Source: Phoronis australis
Lineage: Eukaryota > Animalia > Phoronida
NCBI GenBank assembly: GCA_002633005.1
Contig: NMRA01000416.1
Span: 35,631 to 99,630, forward strand
Length of the DNA stretch: 64,000 nucleotides
Direction of reading: 5' to 3'
A program made the translations under genes and the position numbers. Below, piece by piece: positions 22,094 through 34,000 of the stretch. Each line of letters opens with the position of its first letter. The stretch's first letter is position 1. The notes beneath the pieces were generated by a model. The model saw only the letters and a program-made list of their open reading frames with translations, had not been told where the DNA came from and ran no database searches.

Positions 22094-25000
22094 GTAGGTA
22101 TATAGCTATGACATATACAGGATTGTCTTTAATTCTGAACCGGGAATTCATCTACCTGCAACGACCAGACTGATCCAACGGGGAACGGGATCGAATTTCT
22201 TGGTGCAAAAGCTGTATAAACATACAGCTGTGTATACATATAAAAGCTTGCTGTTGCACTAATGTGGGTTAAAAACTGACCAAGTAAAATTTGACATAAG
22301 ATTAATGCCACCTACTTGCTAAAACATATGCTGTTATTTTGTTGCTGAAGTAGAAAGTGCCACCGCCTCGACTGGCCCTAGTAGAGACTGTGGTCAGAAC
22401 AGTCCTTGATTTAGAGAACGAGGCGATCAATGAATAACGGGCCCGTTATGTAGTGGATGAACTGGGTCTCTAAATCAGGGACTCCTATACCCAACCAGTG
22501 TCATAGAGAGAATAAACTGAAAGCTCTTGTAGGAGCTTCAATTACGCCGGAAACTTTTTTGGCGAAAAATGCCTTAATTGCTCTGATTACAACATCAAAG
22601 TCACATTGCTATAGAGGGACATCTTAGCCAGGAGGCCATCCATTCTTTAATTCCTCTCAACTCAAACAAATACTTATGTAATCAAATTTTTTAAGTGCAG
22701 TCCTTCATGTAGTTGCCCAAATCAGCAACTGGTCATTTTTACGCTGCATGCGCTACCGCGCATTTGTTTGAGTTGGAAGGAATTAAAGACATCAACGGTC
22801 TCCTAAAGTGTCCTTCTATGTGCAAGAAGTTCTTATGGCAATGCGACTTTGATGTTTTAATCAGTGTGAAGCATAATTTTCCGAAAAGCTTCCGGTATAT
22901 CTCTTCTGGGGCCAGTTGAGACAGTGCCACTCTGTACTGCTAAAGGTCGCTGGTTCCCTGCGTGCTTCTAGGTGGTAGCCAGCACGCAGGTATCACTTAA
23001 TTTTCCTTGGAAAATTTTTTTATACCGGCGTTTCTGATTAGCTGGTCGAATTCTCAACAAACAGTGCGTTACGCAAACAAACTGGCATGACTGATGGAGG
23101 AAGTGTAAAATTTGGTCTGTTGTAGAGACAAATCGGTGCTTAAAGTTCATGTTCAAGAAATTTGAATCCTAGTAAATTGTGGTTTCACCTTTTTGGAGTG
23201 CATCTTTCTACTGTCGCTGACTTTTGCTTATGTTGCTGTCCTGTATTCATACAGTATGAATAACACACGAGCTAAATCGGCCAGATGATGGCGTGTTTAT
23301 TCTGCATGTGTGTGCTTCAAGAACGCGGCTATTAAACATTTCTGCAGTCACAAAATAGTTGCTGCTACGCTACATGACAGGCTAAAAATCGTTCATAACC
23401 CTCCGTTTTCTCGTTTGTAAAGCTAACCAGTACCTGCCAAGGTTACATCATCCAATAATACAGCGCGTGCTACTGCCTGCTACCTGCGTGCTGGCTACCA
23501 CCTAGCGGCACGCAGGGAACCAGCGAGCTGCTATTAAGTTGAGTGGGTGTGGTTCTTGTGCCTTGGCTGCCAGCACCATGAAATAGAGTGTCACCTATTG
23601 GCCAATTTCTGTTTTTGCTGATCCTTCAATGTAAGAATATATGTGTACTGTTCTTCTTCCCTAAGATTACTATATTTACCTTTCAACTGCAGTTGGACAC
23701 CTTTGAAGGCTGCTCAAGTCTTTAAATCCTTCCAGCTTGAACAAATATTCCCACAGTTACATGAAGTCTAAGCTTTAGACTTAACATAGTCATAGATAAT
23801 AATCAACAAAGAAGCATATTGAAATATCTGTTTCACAACACAGTTTTTCTGAATAATTCTTTGTTTTATGAACAAAGTCGTGAACTGAGCCAGTTTTATA
23901 TATTTATGAATGTAAGCCATTTTGGTTGTGATTGCATTGCTGCGCACATAGGGATTGTGTTTATTGTTGGCCATGGGACTGGGTCAGATTTATTTTTGTA
24001 AATGTCCTATTGATTTTACTTTAGTCGGAACATAGCTGGATTCACTCCTGGGAATAATGTAGACAAATTAGTCCCCTTTGTCTCAAGTTTGTCAGAAGGT
24101 CACTGTTCTTCAAGACCTATTTTGTGACACATCTAATTGCTGGAGACTTGTTTGAAAAATTAGCAACCTTGGCAACTTTTATGGTAACAGGACTTACACG
24201 TAAATGGGCGAGAAAGCATGTACTGTTCACCCCAGAGTATCCAATGAATTCCTCAGCACATCAAAGGGTTGATGGCGCTGTCAGATTGAAGTGAGTTAGG
24301 CGCTATTCGTGGGCTTGGATGAAAAAAGTAATTTGGTTGAGCCGTACCATTACGGGATCACCATATGTACATGTATGGCATCCACAGGCAATGAATCGCC
24401 TAGAATTTGTTGCTTTTTAGTATATTTTCACTCAGAAGGTATTTCCAGCAATCCAGACGTGAGGGTAGCGTTGGCGGACCAACTTGTTCCAGATCATATT
24501 ATTGTTGCAGATTGGAATAACAACTGTTCATTGTTTATAAATAAAAACTTGATTACAAATTGTTCATCAGTACAAATGACATGGATTTAGGTATAATTAA
24601 AGGAGTAAATGCAGCGCCATGTGAAAAATAAAGTCTTGTATGCTAGAAGGTTGGAAATAAAAGGCACTATTAAACACACCTTAAAGTTATAACTACAACA
24701 TAAAATATTGATAAGATATTGATTTATCAGCACCTTTCGAGCGCGTACACCTTTTGTGAGATGAGGGGAAGACAATGATAGTACAACACGAGACATGGGT
24801 CTCCTTTCTCTTGTACCATTCGCCTATGCCTTGTTTACATGTATACTGTAAAAACTCCATTTGAGAGTCTCTAAATGTTAGGACATTGATATTCTGGCAA
24901 AATCTCTCCAAATTTGGATAAAAATAATTGTCAAAATTGCACTTTTTTCATTTGTCAATGTCTTCTGCCATTGTTGTGAATATCCACACTTTTTCAAAAT

Positions 25001-28000
25001 GTTTTCTGATTGTAGCTATGGTGAAGAAGACGAACATGGTAAAGCATCAATTTTATGCTACCTATCTTTTATGAAAAAACAAGAAAATAAAATTTCACTC
25101 GTCTACCATATCTTGTACTGCAGAGAAACCAAGGAGAATTTTCCCAATGTGATCAAACCTAAAGGCTCAAAAAACTTTCCTAGTCTTGATAGATTGGGCA
25201 TAAGACATGTCATTCAAGTTTTGACGGGCCACTGTAACCTAGCAAGACACACATTACTTGGCAAAGGTGGCCCGAGTGTGGTACTGACGATGAAACCCTT
25301 AAACACCCGATAGAGTCTTGCCCAGCTTTTTATTGGCTAAGGAGCACGCTACTGGCTAGCACTGTTACATGCCTACAACATACAGTGCATGGCAACAAAT
25401 GGAAGAGTCTGTCCATTTTCTTAAAGGAGACGGGCAGACTTGAAAACTTCCTTCACGAAGAACCATAACGTGGCTCCTGTGTTTTTAGCTCGGGTGTTTT
25501 GTGCAATTGGCCCAACCATGAGGCTTGCATAGTAAATGACACCAAACCATCCACACTCTTTTTTATATATATTTTGTACAGAATGGGTGAGACTTTTCCG
25601 TAAATTGAATTTTCTTGATTCTAAAGATTGGGTTGGCCATTTTGGTGAAGTTACCCAGAAATCCATTGCATGCGACCTGGTAGTGCTAATTGATTTATGT
25701 TTTCAAATACTTGAGCTTCAAGGCCTGCTATTCTTGTGGTCTATAATAAATTATGGAAATTATTAGTGGAACATTTAAAACCTATCGGTAACACCTGTAA
25801 ATTTGGTTCCTACAGTATGTTAAGAGCATCGCTCTTAGCCCACTAGTGCCATAAATTGCCAAATGTAATGAACTGTTAGGCATATTGGTGTGCTTTTGTC
25901 TATGTTACTGCGAGAATCACCTTTTAATTCAAGCAGCTGCGAATAACACCCCCACGCAATGGTGTTCTATTCAGACCCCTATTCAATAAAATTGTTATCG
26001 GTCTTTTGTTGTTTGTGCTGTGATCTCACGATGACGCATCATGACACGAAGAGGCAGCTTCACCTATCATTTTACTGGCTTACATTTGCGTGATTTAACT
26101 AGCGTTTTCTTTTTATCTTTCTAAGGCTTTGTTAGGACTATCTAGTTAGCCCAATACATCTAACATAACAAAATTCCTTTGAAGTTAGGCTTTAACACTT
26201 TAACCATGGTGTAAGTTGTTTACAAGGTAGATTCTTTTGTTACATTCTTGTTCGGGACGAGTTGCTAGGCAGCACGGGCCACAAAGAACTTCTTATTTCT
26301 TACTCTTTCAACTCTTATCACACATCCTTCATAAAGATTTTGATGCTTCTTTTTTCTTTCTGATTTCTGTTCTGTACTTGTACATATTGACCAGAAACAA
26401 AATATCTGATGTAAATGCTTTTCAAAAGACAGTAGAGCTCATCTTTGCTGTCCAGACTCCCTATCGCTTTCTGGAATATCATTCAAATAGGGAATTGTAG
26501 GGTAGGCTGTTGCTGCTTTCAGGATGTGATTTCCTTCCATGAAAGTAATTGTTGACTTTCATAGAGTTTTGAAAAATGTGATAGTCGCATATTTTATAAA
26601 AAGAAATCTTTATTTAGCATTGCTGTCCGTAACCTTTCTTGGAACCCTTTATTGATGCGCCAAATATGCAAGTCATTTGTGATGACTTCAATTAATTTTA
26701 AATATTTCACAAAAATTAATCAGCCATTCACAGGCCTTTTGATGTTTGGCACTTAAACAGTTGTATCTTTATAATGTGGAAGACAATTATGAATGTGTTC
26801 TTGTATTTTTATTCTCCTTCCCAAATCACAGATAAAGTGATGACTTGAAAGTTGGAATGTTGTTTTAAAAAGTGATATCACTGTTTGAGTGTAAATCAAA
26901 AATATGTGACCTTTTCCGTATGATTGGCAGTGCTGTCAGCAATGTTGTTGAAACATACGTCCTTATTTAACTTTTAGGCATTCCTACTCAAGGCAAAAAA
27001 TGACAATTTAAACAAAAAATAGTAGTCCTGTGTCAATAAATGATTTTCTTGATGTTTCAAAGCATGATTGAGCATTTTCAGTCACTAAGATTTCAGAAAA
27101 TGTGTACTTTTGGGGTTGGAAACGGATGTTAATATTAGTTACTTGTTGAAATGTGCAAGACTTCATGAAGGTTGACAACTACCTTGATGTCTTCTTGATT
27201 GTTTTGATGTCTTTAGAATGACCCTCTCACTCCTTGGCTAATGAATTAAGCACGACTGCTGTTGAATCAAAGTGTTTTTCGATATATTAAATTTACCTGT
27301 TGAATGTTCTTTGATTGATGAAAGCCACATGAGCTATACCAGGGATGCAATTGTAGTCGTTGTCTGAAGACAGCGATCTTGTAAAGTTGTCACATTTAGA
27401 ATTTTCCATAGTCTTTCTAGTTTTACAGCTCCATGCTATTGTTCAAGAGGAGCTTTTGCACCCAAAATTAGGTAATGAGATATAAGTCTGGCTTGCAGGC
27501 ATTACTAAAATTGATGGTTTAAAGTAAATCTTAAATGACAAAGTGCCGCTTGTCTCCAGATCATGATAAGTGTAGGAATTTTGTCGCCTATGCTGTTATT
27601 ATTTTTGTAGAACTACTGATGGCTTCTCTATGACAAGTTTTAATGCTCTAACTAGTGTCGAAATGATGCACAACCAGGACCTAAAATCTCACTTTAAAAC
27701 CATTGTTAGGTGTTGGTTGTTAATTTGGTCTCAATACTTTGTAGATGGGTTGGACATGTGATGAGATGGCTTGTAGGTTGTATAAATTTGCATGCAGTTT
27801 TCCTAATTCTTGCCTCAATCTTGATAGGTCGGCCTTTCACATTGGTCATTTCCATTGTTGGAATGCTTTTCCTTGTGTATACAATTTAGTCACAAGGTAC
27901 TCCCATTTTTAGAACCAGTTTGATGGAGAAAACTGAGAGAAGGAAAAAGATTTTGTGGCATGATGTTGACAGATATCATCTTCTTAAACTTACTAAAATG

Positions 28001-31000
28001 TTTGCTTGCTGTGATTGAAATGTTATGATGATTATATTTCACTGAGTGTTGACAGGTGTTATCATCAGCTGTCTTGAGTAAATAAACATCATCTCTTGCT
28101 GCTAGAATGTGTAGGAGTCAGTAAACTTGACTATGTGGCAGATATGACTGACTGATTTGTTCATTAAATAGACCCACCTACACATGATGTGGGCGATTGA
28201 ACATGCATGAAATTGCACATTTTGTGCAATAAGGATTTGAAATAAGTAAACATCTCCAGAGGGCTCAACATCAGCGACTAAATGCTCGAAAATACAAGTA
28301 CAAAAACTAAAATACCAGTAGTTATTTGGAGAAACATTCTGCGTTTTTTGGTTGCCACTTTTTATGAACCCAAATCTGGGAATAGGTTTTTTGAGCGGAC
28401 ATTTTCGTGTTACAATTGATCGATTTGTCTATGCAACTTGGCCCGGTTTTAATCGTCTGCTCATGACTATGCTAGTCATGATCTCGGTGTGACAAGCTAT
28501 CACAGCTTATGTGCTATTGGCATGCTGTTGCCATAGCCCGTCCACTGTAAGATACTTACAAACACAATTCTCAATACTAAACATTTCCTGAAACAGAGAT
28601 TCATCTGCCCTCTTGTCTCAATGAAATGAACCTGTGTTCTAATAAATGATGTGTGTGTTGATGTTTGCGGTAACTTATTGGACACCTTAGATGAAAACAT
28701 TTTCATTCTTCATTGTGCATATGTCTTTTATAACCGCAATTCTCGTTTGCAAGACGGTGTAATAAGGGTGCAAAACAACAGTTGCGCCCCCTATGTAGTA
28801 ATTGATGCGGAAAATGCGTGCGTTGCTCCGATATATTTCTGAAAAATCTTGTCAACTTGCCACAAATCTTGAAGTAGATCTTAAGTGTCATATGTAACAA
28901 CCTTGTTTTGAAGGAGGTTTCTAAAACAATTGGGCTTCTCCAAAGGCGTTTCTATATAAATATTTATAAACAAAGTACAAGTAACACGTTGACAACTTTT
29001 GAGCAAGCCATTTACGACCATAAACATACCGTACCTGTGGTAGCTAGGGTTCTTAGGTGCTTGTAAATAGGCCTTTTCATACTGACTTAACTCCGGTCTG
29101 AGCAGAGCGTCGACGTAAACTGCGAAGTTAACTAAACCGTTCATACTGGCTTCGGTAGATAACGGACTTCCAAGTAAACTGTAGGCGGCGCTGTTGTCAT
29201 CGAAGTAATCGCAAGGTAGTGCTGCACGGTAAGATTTTTTTAATGTGACAATTAGGAACATTTACATGTGCTGATTGACATAAAACTAATTTTTAATTCG
29301 ATTGATGATTATTAAGAGCAAAATATAAACAACTATTAACGACGGCACTACCCTGTAATTGTTGAAGATAACAGTGGCACCTGGCGATAACTTCGATGGG
29401 ACCCGAAATTGACCGTTCATACTGCATAGCCAGTGGCGGATCTAGGATATCACAAGGGGGGGCCCAACATTTTGTCTATAAGGATTTGCGCAAAGCACGT
29501 TTGTAGATGCGCATAGCACCAAATGGGGGGAGTGTGGTTTTTTCCTCTAAAAATCAAGCATTGTCCTTGATTCCTGAAGTATTATCCAAGAAAAAAGGCA
29601 AAAAAACACGGAGAATGTGTCCAACAGGAAAAACTGCATTAACCACAGACTCGAACCCACGACCTGGCGGATAGAGCGCGTGTGCTTTACCACTACACCA
29701 CTACGATTTAACTCCTAATTTGATAGGCCTACTAAGAGACCTACTTGTTTATGGTCCACAGCGTTTGTGCATGAAACCTACTTTTTTGTTATGGTTATTA
29801 CACGTTTTATATTTTGTGCAATCGGTTCGTAACAAATTTGTTGTATTTAAAATAGTCTTCAATTGCCCAAAAGACCGTTTTTCGTGTTGGCAATAATGAT
29901 GTGATTGCTTTGGAAATCGTCACAGTTAAGGTTTGACAAAGAGAGAATTATGAGTTTCTAAGTGATTCACTAAGGCTTTGATTAAAATTCACATCTTACC
30001 AGCAGCTTCTGTTTTTTCATCGTCACTCAGCTTCCATTTTCTTTAAAAAATGAAACAATTTTCGCGGGAGAGCCTATACTTAGCCATAGTTCCGTTACGA
30101 TTGCTCAGTGTTCCGACTTTGACACTTGAAATTGGATCTGAGCCCCCCCCCAACACTAAAAGTGCACGCATTTAAATATTGTTTCATCCATATAATTTTA
30201 ATTACCAGAGTTAATTAATAAACTCAACATTTCCCTACGATCTTGCTGTTTTATTTTTTGCGGCAGCCAAAGGGGGGGCCCGGGCCCCCCTAAATCCGCC
30301 TATGATAGCTGCGTCAATACTTGGCTATTATCCACCTGTTTACTGCGACATTAAAAGGTTGGCATTGTTATCTTCGATCCAGGACCGAAGTTAAGCGCGT
30401 TCATACTGACCGCAACCCCCAAAACATTGACACCTCGATGCTAATATGAAAGTTGTTAATGACATAAGATTTTCTTTAGTGCAGATGATGATAGAAATGC
30501 GAGCCTTTGTGGTGACCACAACCAAACAGGCTGTGTTTTGAACTAACAATGGTCTGTGTTGCCTGAAAATAAGTAAAGTGCCTATTTATTTAATCTAATT
30601 GTAACTGAAGATATTTTCAAGAATTTCCCGGATTCCACAACCCTGCTTTGGTCAGTGGTTGATTTGAAAGGCTAAATCTTGAACGATTAGTAAAATTTGG
30701 TGATTACTATGGGCTGTGACTGTGAATCACCTGCTGAGAAGAGAGACAAGTCATCTGACTGCCTGGTAATTTGTTCTATTTTTGTGTGCTGTCTGTTTCT
30801 GTGGACAATCATCCTTTGACACACTTTACACACTTGTGGTTTTATGTTCACTTCCTGCTTCACCTTTTTGTGTTGACTATATAAATAATATGGGACTAGT
30901 TAAGTGACAGAACAGAGGATTACTGTTGTGTACCATTGAAGGGCTACAAAGTAAACAATCTTGGGACACAATATGATAGAGGGTGCAATATCATTTGGGG

Positions 31001-34000
31001 AATTTTCTCAACAAAAATAACTTCTCAACGAAAATTTCTTTGCTTTTAGCATGGTTTGAGTTGCTTAATATTTTGTAAAGTTTGAGCCTTTGCAGCAATA
31101 TGATAATCCTCTGGAAGGCAGAAATATGGCAATTATAGCATTTTTTCATCCCCAATTAAAGAATTTTTACCATAGTGATGTCAGTAGCATTCCTTATTGA
31201 AGAAAAATCTTGTTAGAATGGACACACTTGTTATTCCTTATCATTTTTCTCAGTCTGAAACCTGAGTGGGTTCTGATTATATCCTCCAGGTGGCGTGTAG
31301 CTGGCCAGTAGTGCCTCAACTTATGACACCAACAAGACTGTGTCAGCAAATGTGGCAAATAAAGAACTTAAAATCAGCTTGTGCGTGACTGAATGACTCC
31401 AATCTCAGGTTTTGTAGGTGGATGAGATGGGCTGAAAAATTCATAGCTAGGATTGTGTACTCAGGGTCCTGGAGTGTCGGATCTATACCAAATAATATAC
31501 AAAATGCTCATAAAGTTTTGAAGTGAAAAGCATTCTACGCCTTTTTGGATACTTTAAAAATTGTGTTATAACTGATTAAAAATGTTCTTGCTTTAAGGCT
31601 GATAAACCACGCCTAATATCAAAAATGTTTGGCTTGTACCACTTAACTATTATGAAATAATTCTTGAACTATTCCTTAGTCAAATTAGATGTTTTCTGGG
31701 TTGTGAAAGAACTGACAGCTAGTTGTTGCTTGAGACCTGGCTCTAGATACAAGATGGCTTGTCAAAATGGTGTCTCGTTCTCTACCTAGTGTGGGTTCAA
31801 GCGATAACCAACTATCATTTTCTTCCTAGCCTACACACAACTTCTCATCTGAATTAACCAGTTTAATAGTGTTAAGTAATCAAAACCAATATTTTTGATA
31901 GAATGAGGTATTGTATCCGCTTACAATATTTGGGTGGTTTCAGATATTTTCAGTATAATATCGGCATGATACAAGTATTGATATAGAAGCCAGAGTATTT
32001 GGTATCGGTATCGAAAGAGGATTTGTATTGAGTTGGCATTATATGTTGTGTTATCCTGCTCAATTGTAAATGTGGCTGCGTGTCCATTACACAACGGACA
32101 CTATGTAATCCACAGCTCATTGGTCTTGCTCTGTTGTCAGTTTTTTACAATTTGATGAATATTAGTATAATTACAATGCAATTTTTTATGTGTTGCAACC
32201 TTTTCCTCATTTTTGCAACTAATGCCACATTGTTGATGATAACAAAAAAGTGTAGAAAAATGATTGGCACTTGCAAAACGTTTAACTCTGGGTATAGAAA
32301 TGCATTCATCCTTTAGTGCCCTGTGTGTCCTAGATAATTGCTGTGTTTTTCAACTTAGCTTTAAACTAAAATTGTAACATTAGAGGGCTGTTTCTGTTTA
32401 TCCATGTATTGGAAAAACAATTTTATCTAGCTAAGAACCACTCTGCCTGTGTTGGTCATATGTGTATCAAATTACATCTGGACACATCTGATTTGGTGCC
32501 ATTGGTTGATCAAGGTTGTTTAAGGGAGAGGGAGGACGGGGGAGGGGGGGGTACAGCAATTTCCAAAGGATTTTTTCTCCTTGTAAGCCCTAAAAGCAAC
32601 ATGCTGACAGAGTTTTTGTCTTTGTGCGTGTCTGCTTATATGGAGTTGTGAAACTGATGGTTTTTGTTTCGTCAGTTATCAGTTTGTATATGGTGTCAAG
32701 CAAGTATTATTTTCATCTTTGCTTGCATTGCATTCTCAAAAAGGCAATGAAAAATGAAGTTCTTAATTTGGCTCCTATTTAGAATGTACGCCCTAGGTTC
32801 TATTTCTGGAAACAAAAATTGAGATGATTGGAATAGTTGAGATGATAAGCTGAGAAATAGCAAGTGTTTATTTAAGGTGGAAGTACTGGCCTTATCACAT
32901 GATATTAATCATTTTTAGCAAAAGTTGTTAACCTTGTACCTTTAGTACATGTTAGGTTAACACAAGGGTTGAGCATATAGCAAATGTTTTTTAGTTAATG
33001 TGTAGAGATACTGATTTTTGTGCAATAACCAAAAATGGACGGATTTCGGACTGAATTGACATATTTCCTGAGCAGATACTATAATTCTAATAAGTTTGGT
33101 TGTTTATTATCAACATTTAAGAATGGAATCAAGTTCGACAGAAATTCATGTCGCAAGTCAATCCACAATAGTTCAAGTACCGTAATCGTTCGGGTTAACG
33201 CCCATGCTCAGTTAACCGCCCACCCCCTACTTTAGGTGAATTTCGATTTAACCGCCCACTGCTCAGTTAACCGCCCCCCTGCTATTTTTGAAGATTTCCA
33301 ATTAACCGCCCACTGCTCGGTTAACCGCCCATCCCCTACTTTTGACGATTGGTGATTACCGCCCTGTGCTAATAGGAAANTTGCATTCTCAAAAAGGCAA
33401 TGAAAAATAAAGTTCTTAATTTGGCTCCTATTTAGAATGTACGCCCTAGGTTCTATTTCTGGAAACAAAAATTGGGATGATTGGAATAGTTGAGATGATA
33501 AGCTGAGAAATAGCAAGTGTTTATTTAAGCTGGAAGTACTGGCCTTATCACATGATATTAATCATTTTTAGCAAAAGTTGTTAACCTTGTACCTTTAATA
33601 CATGTTAGGTTAACACAAGGGTTGAGTATATAGCAAATGTTTTTTAGTTAATGTGTGGAGATACTGGTTTTTGTGCAATAACCAAAAATGGACGGATTTC
33701 GGACTGAATTGACATATTTCCTGAGCAGATACTATAATTCTAATAAGTTTGGTTGTTTGTTATCAACATTTAAGAATGGAATCAAGTTCGACAGAAATTC
33801 ATGTCGCAAGTCAATCCACAATAGTTCAAGTAGTTGTTCAGTCTTTCTGAAGGTGGCACTGTCCGCTTTTCAGTTTTTTTTAATTAAAACATCGTGTGCA
33901 GCATAACTTAATGGAACTATGGCAATTCCCAGATCATTTTTATGTTTTATTATTTAGCACTTGGAAAAAGTAAAACGGAATTTTGCCAATTTACAAATGT

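Noticed and set aside
29641-29705. Functional tRNA gene
   Set aside because: A and B boxes are present but the acceptor and anticodon stems do not form; treated as a tRNA-derived fragment.
33035-33906. Duplicated [14 protein letters not shown]... as a tandem gene pair
   Set aside because: It lies within the 452-bp duplication across the N, has no domain or splice support, and is probably an assembly duplication.
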